From an uncultured Actinomycetota bacterium (GTDB lineage: Bacteria; Actinomycetota; Actinomycetes; Propionibacteriales; Nocardioidaceae), in NCBI GenBank assembly GCA_963767955.1, contig CAVYGA010000002.1, positions 271,622 through 335,621 on the forward strand: a DNA stretch of 64,000 bases. Reading direction: 5' to 3'. The notes beneath the pieces are model-generated. The model was not told where the DNA came from. It worked only from the letters and a program-made list of their open reading frames with translations, and did not search any database. Of this stretch, positions 26,768 to 36,547 are shown piece after piece (the stretch's first letter is position 1; every line of letters starts with the position of its first letter). Both the position numbers and the translations under genes were made by a program.

Positions 26768-27937
26768 TCAGTCGACGACCTCGAAGCCCATCCCGGCCTT
26801 CTGGAGGCGGGTGAGCAGGTTGTCGCCCATCGCCACGGCGGTGGTGACCTGGCCCGCGGTCGGCGGGTTGGTGTCGAAGGCCAGGCAGAGCGCGGACTCC
26901 CCCAGCATCATCGCGGTCTCGGTGTAGCCGGGGTCGCCGCCGGAGACCCGGGTGTGCAGACGCCTCCCACCGGCCTCGGCGACGAAGTCGACGGTGAACC
27001 ACGCCTTGCGACGCCGGGTCTCGGTCGGTCCCTGGCCCCGCGGCATCCGCTTCTCGAGCAGGCTGCGCACCGGCCCGACCTGCGCGGCCAGCCCCAGCGC
27101 GGTGATGCCGGCCGTCGCCCCGGCGGCGTAGCGCAACGTCTTCAGGCCGGCGTAGTGGGAGTAGCGGAACTTCGGGCCGTACGACGCCAGGGCCGCGCCG
27201 CTGCGCGCCACCACCGTCGGGTCGATGGTCGGCAGCGGCAGCAGCCAGTAGCCGAGCAACGAGTCGCGGTGCGGCTTGCCGGCGACCGCGCGGGACGAGC
27301 GACCCTCGGGACGCCCCTCGGCCTTGCGCCGCTCGGCGTAGGCGGACCGCATCTGCCCGACCCGAGACATCGCGCCGAGCGCCGAGTGGAAGGTGCCGCC
27401 CGACATGCTGGCGTTGGTGCGGACCACGCCGCGGACCGTCACCGGCCCGTCGGTCGGCAGCTGCTGGAGCGTGTAGTAGACGCCGAGGTCGTGAGGGATG
27501 GAGTCGAAGCCGCAGGCGTGCACGATCCGGGCACCCGAGGCGACCGCGGTCTCGTGATGGGCGAGCCACATCCGGTCGACGAACTCGGGCTCGCCGGTCA
27601 GGTCGACGTACGCGCTGCCGGCCGCGGCACACGCGGCGACCAGCGGCTCGCCGAGCTCGAGGTAGGGCCCGATCGTGGTGGCCACGACCTTGGTCCGGGC
27701 GGCGATCTCCGTCAGTCCCGCGGTGTCGGAGGAGTCGGCGACCAGCAGGTCCATCACCTCGAGCCGCGGGTCGATCCCGGTCAGCCGGTCGCGCACCGCC
27801 TCGAGCTTCTCCATGCTCCGCCCGGCCAGGGCCCAGCGGAGCCGGGCCGGGGCGTGCCGGGCGAGGTAGGCCGCGGTCAGCCCGCCGGTGAAACCGGTCG
27901 CGCCGAACAGGACGATGTCGTAGTCGCGTTGCGCCAT
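26768..27937 (-). CDS. Saccharopine dehydrogenase-like / trans-acting enoyl reductase family oxidoreductase
   Basis: 'YDIVLFGATGFTG', 'TTIGPY...GEPLVAACA', 'YVDLTGE', 'CGFDSIPHDLG', 'GDPGYTETA'. Confidence 0.88.
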   Translation of the reverse strand: MAQRDYDIVLFGATGFTGGLTAAYLARHAPARLRWALAGRSMEKLEAVRDRLTGIDPRLEVMDLLVADSSDTAGLTEIAARTKVVATTIGPYLELGEPLVAACAAAGSAYVDLTGEPEFVDRMWLAHHETAVASGARIVHACGFDSIPHDLGVYYTLQQLPTDGPVTVRGVVRTNASMSGGTFHSALGAMSRVGQMRSAYAERRKAEGRPEGRSSRAVAGKPHRDSLLGYWLLPLPTIDPTVVARSGAALASYGPKFRYSHYAGLKTLRYAAGATAGITALGLAAQVGPVRSLLEKRMPRGQGPTETRRRKAWFTVDFVAEAGGRRLHTRVSGGDPGYTETAMMLGESALCLAFDTNPPTAGQVTTAVAMGDNLLTRLQKAGMGFEVVD

Positions 27938-27970
27938 GGCCCCACTCTGCCCCACGCCCGGTGGCGACGG

Positions 27971-27996
27971 GGAACCGATCCGCCGGCCGGGCCGTC
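27971..27996 (+). promoter_or_regulatory. Candidate ECF-sigma promoter
   Basis: GGAAC-N17-CGTC ending 8 nt before ATG 28005. Confidence 0.45.
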
Positions 27997-28004
27997 CCAC
28001 CCCC

Positions 28005-29930
28005 ATGACCCGCACTCCCGATCTCTCCCGTCTCGTCACGTTGCGCCGCGCCGGCATCGGTGCGGTGGCGCTGGCCGCCCTGGCCGGCTCGTTCGCCGTC
28101 GGTGCCGCCTGGCAGGACGGCTCCCCGCCCCGCTCGGGCCGGCTGGTGGCCGCTCCCGACGGCCCGGTCGACCCGCGCTCGGGACCGGGCCTGGTGTCCG
28201 CGGACTCCTGCGACCAGCTGCTCGCGTGGTACGTCGACCACACCGTCGACCGCGTCACCGCCTGGGGCTGGGACGACGTCCGGATCTATGCGATGGAGGA
28301 GTCCACGATGGGCGGGGACGACGCCGCCTCCACACCGAAGTCCGACGACGTGACCTCGAGCGACACCGGGACCAACGTCCAGGAGACCGGCGTCGACGAG
28401 CCCGACGTGGTCAAGACCGACGGCTCCCTGCTGGTGCGGGTCGACGGCGACGAGCTCACGACGTACGACGTCACCGGCGCGACGCCGCGGCGGCTCGGCG
28501 GCCTCACGCTGCCGGGCGTCGACGACGACAACGGTGAGGGCGGTGGGGCCGAGCTGCTGCTCGTCGGTGACCGCGCGGTGGTCCTGGGCACCCACCGTCA
28601 GCAGTTCGACCAGGGCGACCTGATCACGATCGTGCAGACCGTCGACCTCGCGGACCCGGGGTCTCCCGAGCTGGTCGCCGAGCAGACCTACGACGCGGAC
28701 CTCCTGTCCGCGCGGCAGTACGGCGACACCGTGCGGCTGGTGGTCGGGTCCGGGCTGCCCGACCTCGACTTCGTGCAGCCCGAGGGCGACCGCAGCGAGC
28801 GTGAGGCCCGGGCCGAGAACCGCGCGATCGTGCGCGCCAGCACCCTCACCGACTGGTTGCCCACCGTCCGCGACGACGGCGGGGAGGCCGGGCTGCTCCC
28901 CGACTGCGCGGCGATGCGGCTGCCGGCCGGGTTCTCCGGCGCCGGCAGCGTCGTGGTGGTCGGCTTCGACCCGGGCGAGCCCGCCGGCCCGGCCACGCGC
29001 AGCGTCACCGGGGTGGCCACCGCCTCGACGATCGTCTACTCCTCGACGGACCGCCTCTACCTCGCCACCAGCACCGGCTGGGCGCGGGGGTGCTGCGTGC
29101 TGGTGGACGGACCCCGCCCGTTCGACGACGGCGGGAGCACCGACCTGCACGCGTTCTCGCTCAGCGACGACGACGCGACGTACCTCGGCTCCGGGGAGGT
29201 GGACGGCTCGGTCGCGGACCGGTGGGCGATGGACTCCGCCGACGGCGTGCTCCGGGTCGCGGTCGGCGCGACCAGCGAGACCGGCAACTTCAACTCCGTG
29301 GTCACCTTCGCCGAGCGCGACCGTGCGCTGGTCGAGCTCGGCCGGGTGGACCGGCTCGGGGTCGACGAGCAGATCAAGGCGGTGCGCTGGTTCGACGACC
29401 TGGCGTTCGTGGTCACCTTCCGGCAGACCGACCCGCTCTACGCCGTCGACCTGGCGGACCCGGCGGCCCCGCGGGTGCTGGGCAAGCTCAAGATCCCGGG
29501 CTTCAGCGAGTACCTCCACCCGATCGGCGACGACCTGCTGCTCGGTCTCGGCACGGACGCGGACCTCGACGGGTCGACCCGGGGCGGCCAGGCCGCGGTC
29601 TTCGACGTCTCCGACCTCACCGACCCGCGGCGGGTCGCGACCCACGGCTACGGCATGGAGCGGCACACCCGCGCGGGCCAGGACCCGCGCCAGTTCACCT
29701 GGCTGGCCGACCGGCGCACCGCGCTGACCGTGGTCGAGCAGTGGGGCGACAGCGGCGGCGCCAGTGGCATCATCTCGATCCTCCGGGTCGGCCCGGACGG
29801 CGAGCTGACCGCTCGGCGGGTGGCCGGCGCCTACGGCTACGGCGACGTCGCCACGCTCCGGACCGTGCCGCTGCCCGACGGCCGGGTGGTGCTCTCGAGC
29901 GTGGAGCGCACCGAGTTCCTGGACCTGTGA
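28005..29930 (+). CDS. Secreted/anchored beta-propeller domain protein (Beta_propel family)
   Basis: 'SDTGTNVQETGVDEPDVVKTDG', 'RFFDDLAFVVTFRQTDPLYAVDL'-type segment, 'GKLKIPGFSEYLHP'. Confidence 0.85.
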   Translation: MTRTPDLSRLVTLRRAGIGAVALAALAGSFAVGAAWQDGSPPRSGRLVAAPDGPVDPRSGPGLVSADSCDQLLAWYVDHTVDRVTAWGWDDVRIYAMEESTMGGDDAASTPKSDDVTSSDTGTNVQETGVDEPDVVKTDGSLLVRVDGDELTTYDVTGATPRRLGGLTLPGVDDDNGEGGGAELLLVGDRAVVLGTHRQQFDQGDLITIVQTVDLADPGSPELVAEQTYDADLLSARQYGDTVRLVVGSGLPDLDFVQPEGDRSEREARAENRAIVRASTLTDWLPTVRDDGGEAGLLPDCAAMRLPAGFSGAGSVVVVGFDPGEPAGPATRSVTGVATASTIVYSSTDRLYLATSTGWARGCCVLVDGPRPFDDGGSTDLHAFSLSDDDATYLGSGEVDGSVADRWAMDSADGVLRVAVGATSETGNFNSVVTFAERDRALVELGRVDRLGVDEQIKAVRWFDDLAFVVTFRQTDPLYAVDLADPAAPRVLGKLKIPGFSEYLHPIGDDLLLGLGTDADLDGSTRGGQAAVFDVSDLTDPRRVATHGYGMERHTRAGQDPRQFTWLADRRTALTVVEQWGDSGGASGIISILRVGPDGELTARRVAGAYGYGDVATLRTVPLPDGRVVLSSVERTEFLDL

Positions 29931-29960
29931 CGGCCGGGTGCCGCGGCGTATTCTCTCCGC

Positions 29961-30230
29961 ATGTGCCGCAACATCCGCCAGCTCCACAACTTCGAGCCGC
30001 CCGCCACCCGTGACGAGGTCAGCGCCGCCGCGCTGCAGTACGTCCGCAAGGTCAGCGGCGCCACGCGTCCCTCCCAGGCCAACCAGGCCGCCTTCGACGA
30101 GGCGGTCCGGGAGGTCGCGCACATCACCCAGCACCTCCTCGACGCGCTGGTGACCGCCGCCCCGCCCAAGGACCGCGCGGTCGAGGCCGAGAAGGCCCGG
30201 GCCCGCGCCCAGCTGCGGTACGGCGCGTGA
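29961..30230 (+). CDS. DUF2277-family small protein
   Basis: 'MCRNIRQLHNFEPPAT.DE..AAALQYVRKVSG'. Confidence 0.85.
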   Translation: MCRNIRQLHNFEPPATRDEVSAAALQYVRKVSGATRPSQANQAAFDEAVREVAHITQHLLDALVTAAPPKDRAVEAEKARARAQLRYGA

Positions 30231-31075
30231 GCCTGGCACCTGCCGCGTCGGCACGTGAGGTGCCGGGACGGCAACGGGAGGTCTGCGCGTTCCTGCGCGA
30301 CCGGCCCCTGGTGGTGCTCACCGGCGCCGGGGTCTCGACCGACTCCGGCATCCCGGACTACCGCGGTCCCGGCTCGCCCAACCGGCTGCCGATGACCTAC
30401 GGCGAGTTCGTCTCCGGTCCCGACGCGCAGCGGCGCTACTGGGCCCGCAGCCACGTCGGCTGGGCGCGGATGGGCGACGCCTCGCCGAACGCCGGCCACC
30501 GCGCCCTGGCCGCGCTCGAGGCGCGCGCGGCGGTGGACCTGCTGATCACCCAGAACGTCGACGGCCTGCACGAGGCGGCCGGGTCGCGGGCGCTGGCCCT
30601 GCACGGCCGGATCGCCGACGTGGTCTGTCTGGGCTGCCGGACCATCGCGTCCCGTCGGGCGCTGCAGGCCCGGATGGAGGAGCTCAACCCGGGATATGCC
30701 GAGACCCACGCCGCCGCGTCGTCCCGGCCCGACGGCGACGTCGAGCTCGACGACACCGCGGACTTCCGGGTGCCCGGGTGCGGGACCTGCGGCGGGCCGC
30801 TCAAGCCGGACGTCGTGTTCTTCGGCGAGAACGTGCCGGCGCCGCGGGTGCAGCGCAGCTATGCCGCCGTCGAGGGGCTCGCGGACCGCGACGGCGCCCT
30901 GCTGGTCGTCGGCTCGTCCCTGACCGTGATGTCCGGGCTGCGGTTCGTGAAGCGGGCCGCCAGGATCGGTGTCCCGGTGGTGATCGTGAACCGCGGGACG
31001 ACCCGCGGCGACGAGCACGCGACGTACACCCTCCACGCGGGGTGCAGCGAGTTCCTGACCGACCTCGCGCCCTAG
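30227..31075 (+). CDS. Sir2/CobB-family NAD-dependent protein deacylase
   Basis: 'TGAGVSTDSGIPDYRG', 'TQNVDGLH', CxxC...CxxC, 'KPDVVFFGE', 'GSSL'. Confidence 0.93.
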   Translation: MSLAPAASAREVPGRQREVCAFLRDRPLVVLTGAGVSTDSGIPDYRGPGSPNRLPMTYGEFVSGPDAQRRYWARSHVGWARMGDASPNAGHRALAALEARAAVDLLITQNVDGLHEAAGSRALALHGRIADVVCLGCRTIASRRALQARMEELNPGYAETHAAASSRPDGDVELDDTADFRVPGCGTCGGPLKPDVVFFGENVPAPRVQRSYAAVEGLADRDGALLVVGSSLTVMSGLRFVKRAARIGVPVVIVNRGTTRGDEHATYTLHAGCSEFLTDLAP

Positions 31076-31758
31076 AGCTGCCGGACGAAGATGTGCTCGG
31101 CGGCCTCCGGGACGATCTCGGCGGTCTCCCCGCCGGAGCCGAGCAGCACGCCCTCCGTGGTCGCGACCACGGTGACGGTCTTGCCGGGGACCGCGCCGAC
31201 GCGGCGCAGCGCACCCATCAGCACCTCGTCCTTCTGCATCTCCTCGGAGATCCGGCGGATGTGCACCCGTCCCTCCTCGGCGGTCACGACGCCGGCCAGC
31301 GCCTCGACGTCGGCCATGAACTCCTCGCCCAGCTCGGACTCCCCGAGCTCGTCGAGGCCCGGGATCGGGTTGCCGTACGGCGACTCGGTGGGGTGGTCGA
31401 GCAGCTCGACGAGGCGGCGCTCGACGGTCTCGGACATCACGTGCTCCCAGCGGCACGCCTCGGCGTGCACCAGCTCCCAGTCGAGGCCGATGACATCGGT
31501 GAGCAGCCGCTCGGCGAGGCGGTGCTTGCGCATCACGCGGGTGGCGAGGGTGGTGCCCTCCTCGGTGAGCTCGAGGTGCCGGTCACCCTCGACGGTGAGC
31601 AGGCCGTCACGCTCCATCCGGGCCACGGTCTGGCTGACCGTCGGGCCGCTCTGGTGCAGCCGCTCGGCGATCCGGGCACGCAGCGGGACGATGTCCTCCT
31701 CCACGAGCTCGTAGATCGTGCGGAGGTACATCTCGGTGGTGTCGATCAGGTCGCTCAT
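31072..31758 (-). CDS. ideR: DtxR/IdeR iron-dependent repressor
   Basis: 'DTTEMYLRTIYEL...PLRARIAERL.QSGPTVSQTVARMERDGL...MRKHRLAERLL...ACRWEHVMS...SPYGNPIPGL'. Confidence 0.92.
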   Translation of the reverse strand: MSDLIDTTEMYLRTIYELVEEDIVPLRARIAERLHQSGPTVSQTVARMERDGLLTVEGDRHLELTEEGTTLATRVMRKHRLAERLLTDVIGLDWELVHAEACRWEHVMSETVERRLVELLDHPTESPYGNPIPGLDELGESELGEEFMADVEALAGVVTAEEGRVHIRRISEEMQKDEVLMGALRRVGAVPGKTVTVVATTEGVLLGSGGETAEIVPEAAEHIFVRQL

Positions 31759-31858
31759 CCGGGGCCCCTGCGGGAGGCGCGGCGCAGCGAGCATTGCCGT
31801 GGCGTGTTCACCCCAGCATTCTTACCCATGGTGGGAGAGCGCTGGCATGGTGGAGTCG

Positions 31859-33196
31859 ATGAGTGAGCACACGACGACCGTGATGTGGTTCCGCCGCGAC
31901 CTCCGGCTGGCCGACAACCCCGCCCTGATCGAGGCCTGCGCGTCCGACGGCGTACTCCCGCTGTTCGTGCTCGACCCGGCGCTGTGGGGCCCGGCCGGGC
32001 CGGCGCGGCGGGCCTACCTCGCGGCCTCCCTGCGCGCGCTCGACGCCTCGCTGCGGCAGCGCCGGTCCGCGCTGTCCGTGGTCCGCGGGGACCCGGTGCG
32101 GCAGGTCGTGCTGGCCGCCCGGGCGGTGGACGCCACGCGCGTCCACATCGCCGCCGACTACGGCCCCTACGGCCGTCGCCGGGACGCGGAGGCCGAGCGG
32201 GCCCTGGCCGCGGAGGGCATCGAACTCGTGCGGACCGGCTCGCCCTACGCGGTGGCGCCCGGCCGGGTCACCAAGCCGGACGGCGACCCCTACAAGGTCT
32301 TCACCCCCTTCTCGAAGGCGTGGGCCGAGCACGACTGGCGGGCGCCGGTCGACGCCCCGACCGGTGCGCACTGGCTGGCGCTCGACGACGCCGTCTCCCT
32401 TCCGGACGTCGAGCCGCCCGACGGACTGAAGCTGCCCGAGGCCGGCGAGGCCGCGGCGCACCGACGCTGGCGGGCGTACCTCGACTCCGGACTGGCCGCC
32501 TACAGCGCGGAGCGGGACCGCCCCGACCTCGACTCCACCTCGCGCATGTCCGTGCACCTGAAGTGGGGCGAGATCCACCCGCGCACCATGCTGGCCGACC
32601 TGACCGCGGGTGCCGGCTCCGCGACGTACCGCACGGAGCTGGCCTGGCGGGAGTTCTACGCCGACGTGCTCTTCCAGCGTCCGGAGACCGCGCGCGACTA
32701 CCTGCGCCCGGAGTTCGGACGGATGGAGTACGACGAGCCGGGGACGCAGCTCGACGCGTGGCGCGAGGGGCGGACCGGCTATCCCATGGTCGACGCCGGG
32801 ATGCGGCAGCTGCGGGCCACCGGCTGGATGCACAACCGGGTGCGGATGATCGTGGCCAGCTTCCTGGTCAAGGACCTGCATCTGGAGTGGCAGCACGGCG
32901 CGCGCCACTTCATGCACTGGCTGGTCGACGGGGACCTGGCCTCCAACCAGCACGGCTGGCAGTGGACCGCGGGCTGCGGCACGGACGCGTCGCCGTACTT
33001 CCGGGTCTTCAACCCGACCAGCCAGGGCCGCAAGTTCGACCCGGACGGCGCCTACGTCCGACGCTGGGTCCCGGAGCTCGCCGACGCGGCCGACCCGCAC
33101 GAGCCCGGCGAGGTCGCCGGCTATCCCGCACCGATCGTGGACCATGCCGAGGAGCGCCGCGAGGCCCTGGACCGGCTCGAGAGGATGAAGGCATGA
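31859..33196 (+). CDS. phrB: Deoxyribodipyrimidine photolyase (cryptochrome/photolyase family)
   Basis: 'MWFRRDLRLADNPAL', 'TSRMSVHLKWGEI', 'WREFY', 'GYPMVDAGMRQL..TGWMHNRVRM', 'PYFRVFNP'. Confidence 0.93.
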   Translation: MSEHTTTVMWFRRDLRLADNPALIEACASDGVLPLFVLDPALWGPAGPARRAYLAASLRALDASLRQRRSALSVVRGDPVRQVVLAARAVDATRVHIAADYGPYGRRRDAEAERALAAEGIELVRTGSPYAVAPGRVTKPDGDPYKVFTPFSKAWAEHDWRAPVDAPTGAHWLALDDAVSLPDVEPPDGLKLPEAGEAAAHRRWRAYLDSGLAAYSAERDRPDLDSTSRMSVHLKWGEIHPRTMLADLTAGAGSATYRTELAWREFYADVLFQRPETARDYLRPEFGRMEYDEPGTQLDAWREGRTGYPMVDAGMRQLRATGWMHNRVRMIVASFLVKDLHLEWQHGARHFMHWLVDGDLASNQHGWQWTAGCGTDASPYFRVFNPTSQGRKFDPDGAYVRRWVPELADAADPHEPGEVAGYPAPIVDHAEERREALDRLERMKA

Positions 33197-34020
33197 CCGA
33201 GCACTTCCCCACGACCGAGCTGACCATCGCATCGCGGTTCTGCGGCCCGTCAGGGTCCGGCAACGGCGGCTGGACGGCCGGGTCCGTGGCCGCGCTGGTG
33301 CCCGGCCGCGAGCACGAGTACCGGTGCCGGTCGTGGCCGGCGATCGAGGCGACGCTGCGGCAGCCGCCGCCGCTGGACGTCGCGATGAGGGTGGAGCACC
33401 TCGCCGCCGGCGACCCGGCGAACCCGGCTCGACCCGGCGGTCCGCTGACGGTGCTCACGCTGGGCGACGCCCGGGTGGTCGAGGTCCGGACGGTCGAGGA
33501 CGACATCGTCCCGGTGGAGCAGGTGCCGCCCGAGGAGGCCCGGGCGGCGATGGCGACGTACCCCGGGCTGCGCCAGCACCCGTTCCCGTCCTGCTTCGTG
33601 TGCGGCACGGACCGTGCGGAGGGCGACGGCCTGCGGATCTTCCCCGGCCCGGTGACACCGGTCGCGGACGGCTCGACGCGGGTGGCGTCGGTGTGGACGC
33701 CGCACCCGAGCACCGGCGAGGACTACCACGCGTACGTCGACGACGTCGCGCGCGCCAGCCTGCCGGTGACCTGGGCGGCGCTGGACTGCCCGGGCGGGTG
33801 GGCGGCCGACATGGAGGAGCGGATGATGGTGCTCGGCCGGATGAGCGCGGAGATCGACGCGCTGCCCGCGATCGGCGAGGAGCACGTGATCGTCGGGCAG
33901 CTGCTCGGCGCCGAGGGACGCAAGAGCCTGACCGCGACCACGATGTATGACGCGGACGGGCGGATCGTGGGCCGGGCGCGGCACACCTGGATCGCGGTCG
34001 ACCCCCACTCGTTCGGCTGA
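33193..34020 (+). CDS. Hypothetical double hot-dog/thioesterase-like protein
   Basis: 'RFCGPSGSGNGGW', 'HPFPSCFVCG', 'WAALDCPGG'; ATGA overlap with the photolyase. Confidence 0.6.
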   Translation: MTEHFPTTELTIASRFCGPSGSGNGGWTAGSVAALVPGREHEYRCRSWPAIEATLRQPPPLDVAMRVEHLAAGDPANPARPGGPLTVLTLGDARVVEVRTVEDDIVPVEQVPPEEARAAMATYPGLRQHPFPSCFVCGTDRAEGDGLRIFPGPVTPVADGSTRVASVWTPHPSTGEDYHAYVDDVARASLPVTWAALDCPGGWAADMEERMMVLGRMSAEIDALPAIGEEHVIVGQLLGAEGRKSLTATTMYDADGRIVGRARHTWIAVDPHSFG

Positions 34021-34122
34021 GCGTCCGGCCGAGCGTTCGGCCGAGACGCTGGGCTGAGGTGTCCCCGGTTGCTTCTCGCCCGCCGGTTTCACTCCGGGCG
34101 CGAAGTTTGGAAGCATGGGCGG

Positions 34123-35739
34123 ATGACCAGTTTTAACGATCCAAGAAATGCCTGGTGGCGGCACGCGGTCACCTACCAGATCTACGTCCGCAGCTTCGCG
34201 GACAGCAACGGGGACGGCGTCGGCGACCTGCCCGGCATCACCGCCCGGCTGCCCCACCTGCGCGACCTCGGCGTCGACGCGCTGTGGATCACGCCGTTCT
34301 ACACCTCGCCGCAGCGTGACCACGGCTACGACGTCGCGGACTACACCGACGTCGACCCGTTGTTCGGCACCCTGGGCGACGCGGACGCGATGATCGCCAC
34401 CGCGCACGACCTCGGCCTGCGGGTCATCGTGGACCTGGTCCCCAACCACACCTCCGACGAGCACGTCTGGTTCCGGGCCGCGCTCGCGGCCGGGCCGGGT
34501 TCCCCCGAGCGGGCCCGCTACCTGTTCCGCGAGGGCCGCGGCGAGTCCGGTGAGCTGCCGCCGAACAACTGGGAGTCCGTCTTCGGCGGTCCGGCCTGGA
34601 CCCGGGTCGACGACGGCGAGTGGTACCTCCACCTGTTCGACACCACCCAGCCCGACCTCGACTGGCGCAACCCCGAGGTCGCCGACATGTTCGACGAGGT
34701 GCTGCGCTTCTGGCTCGACCGGGGCGTCGACGGCTTCCGGGTCGACGTCGCCCACGGCCTCTACAAGGAGGAGAGCCTGCGCGACCAGGTGGTCGAGGCC
34801 GACGAGGTGCCGGTCAGCGGCGCGTCGATGGAGCACTCGATGGTCGAGCGAGTGCTGCGCGACGAACCGATGTGGGACCAGCCCGAGGTGCACGAGGTCT
34901 ACCGCCGCTGGCGCAAGATCCTCGACGACTACCCCGGCGAGCGGATGGCCGTCGCCGAGGCCTGGACCCAGACCGCGGAGTCGATGGCGGCGTTCATCCG
35001 CTCCGACGAGCTGCACCAGACCTTCAACTTCCACTGGCTCACCGCGCCGTGGTCGGCCGAGGCGTTCGCCGAGGTCGTCTCCCAGACGCTGGACGCCGTC
35101 GGCCTCGTCGAGGGCTCCCCCACCTGGGTGCTGAGCAACCACGACGTCACCCGGCACGTCACGCGGTACGGCGGCGGCGAGGTCGGCCTGGCGCGGGCGC
35201 GGGCCGCGACCCTGACGATGCTGGCGCTGCCCGGCTCCGCGTACCTCTACCAGGGCGAGGAGCTCGGCCTGGAGCAGGTCGACGTGGCACCCGAGAACCG
35301 ACAGGACCCGTCCTGGTTCCGCACCGGCGAGCCCGGTCGCGACGGCTGCCGGGTGCCGGTCCCGTGGGGTGGCGACCGGGCCCCCTACGGGTTCGGGCCG
35401 GGCGCGGCGCAGCCGTGGATCCCGCAGCCCGCCGACTGGGCCGGTCTGACCGTGGCCGCCGAGGCGGCCGACCCCGGGTCCACGCTCTCGTTCTACCGTG
35501 CGGCGCTCGCGGTGCGACGTACCTTCTCGACGACGGCGGGCGACGCCGTGGACCTCTCCGGGACCGAGGGTGACCTGCTGGTCATGCGCCGCGGCCCGAT
35601 CGTGTCGGTGACGAACTGCGGCAGCGCCCCGGTGCCGCTGCCCGCCGGCGAGCTGCTGGTCGCCAGCGGCCCGCTCGAGGAGCCTGTGAGCGGCGGCCGG
35701 CTGCTGCCTCCGGACACCGCCGCCTGGCTCCGCGCCTGA
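34123..35739 (+). CDS. GH13 alpha-glucosidase/oligo-1,6-glucosidase-like
   Basis: 'YQIYVRSFADSNGDG', 'DLVPNH', 'GFRVDVAH', 'VAEAW', 'SNHD', 'YQGEELG', 'RDGCRVP'. Confidence 0.93.
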   Translation: MTSFNDPRNAWWRHAVTYQIYVRSFADSNGDGVGDLPGITARLPHLRDLGVDALWITPFYTSPQRDHGYDVADYTDVDPLFGTLGDADAMIATAHDLGLRVIVDLVPNHTSDEHVWFRAALAAGPGSPERARYLFREGRGESGELPPNNWESVFGGPAWTRVDDGEWYLHLFDTTQPDLDWRNPEVADMFDEVLRFWLDRGVDGFRVDVAHGLYKEESLRDQVVEADEVPVSGASMEHSMVERVLRDEPMWDQPEVHEVYRRWRKILDDYPGERMAVAEAWTQTAESMAAFIRSDELHQTFNFHWLTAPWSAEAFAEVVSQTLDAVGLVEGSPTWVLSNHDVTRHVTRYGGGEVGLARARAATLTMLALPGSAYLYQGEELGLEQVDVAPENRQDPSWFRTGEPGRDGCRVPVPWGGDRAPYGFGPGAAQPWIPQPADWAGLTVAAEAADPGSTLSFYRAALAVRRTFSTTAGDAVDLSGTEGDLLVMRRGPIVSVTNCGSAPVPLPAGELLVASGPLEEPVSGGRLLPPDTAAWLRA

Positions 35740-35750
35740 GCGCCGTCCTC

Positions 35751-35815
35751 GGGTGGTCCCAAGCGATCTGACGGTTCCGAGGGCCGAGAACCTGTCGAAA
35801 CGTCTGGGACCATCC
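35751..35815. repeat. Imperfect inverted repeat related to the REP-like family
   Basis: Arms GGGTGGTCCCAAGCGATCTGACGGTT and (reverse complement) GGATGGTCCCAGACGTTTCGACAGGTT share GGAT(A/G)GTCCC(T/A)GACGTT with the 8224 and 46881 elements. Confidence 0.55.
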
Positions 35816-35827
35816 GCGATATACGGC

Positions 35828-36484
35828 TCAGGAGAAGGCGGGGAGGCCGTCGAGCACGGGAGCCAGCTCGGCACGCTCGTCGGGGGTGGGCTCGGCCCGC
35901 CCGGTGCCGAGTACGGCGACGCGCGCGTCGTCCAGCGCCGGCGGGAACGGTCCGGCCACAGCCTCGACCACCCGGCGTACCTCGGCGAGGCCCACCGCGG
36001 TCGGACCGGGCAGGTCGGGCAGGTGCCGGCCCAGGTCGAGGTGGTGCAGGCTCACCTCGACGGCGAGCGTGCTGGCGAGGTCGGCCACGGTGAGCACGTG
36101 CCCCTGGGTGCCGACCCGTGCGGCACCATCGGCGGCGGCGACCGCGTGCCGGACGGCAGCCGACGTCTCGCGGTGCAGGCCGCGCAGCGGCTCCCAGTCG
36201 GTGAACATGGCGCCGTTCACGCGCGCCCACCGGCGACCGGCCGCGTCGGCGTCCGGGTCACTGCCCCAGCCCCGCCAGTACGTCACGGCGTCGCAGTCGG
36301 CAGGCTCCGTGGTCGGGGTGTGCAGGGCGACCAGCGCCCGCTGCGCGTCCCCCGTGACGTGGAAGACCAGGTCCCTGACCGACCAGCCGCGACACCCGGT
36401 CGGCTCCCAGGAGGTGGGTTCGCCGATCGTCCCGACCGCGTTCTCGAAGGCGACGTACGCGGACTCCAGCAGCTCGGCGCTCAC
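35828..36484 (-). CDS. Maleylpyruvate isomerase N-terminal (MDMPI/DinB-like) protein
   Basis: 'PTGCRGWSVRDLVFH', 'EVSLHHLDL'. GTG 36484 is preferred (GAGCAT 6 nt upstream). Confidence 0.75.
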   Translation of the reverse strand: MSAELLESAYVAFENAVGTIGEPTSWEPTGCRGWSVRDLVFHVTGDAQRALVALHTPTTEPADCDAVTYWRGWGSDPDADAAGRRWARVNGAMFTDWEPLRGLHRETSAAVRHAVAAADGAARVGTQGHVLTVADLASTLAVEVSLHHLDLGRHLPDLPGPTAVGLAEVRRVVEAVAGPFPPALDDARVAVLGTGRAEPTPDERAELAPVLDGLPAFS

Positions 36485-36547
36485 CCGCCCATGCTCCCTC
36501 ATCCCCCCAACGCGTCGTCGAAACCGGGGTACTCCCCGCGGACGGTC

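Noticed and set aside
31759-31858. Possible IdeR box between ideR and the photolyase
   Set aside because: No resemblance to the TTAGGTTAGGCTAACCTAA consensus.
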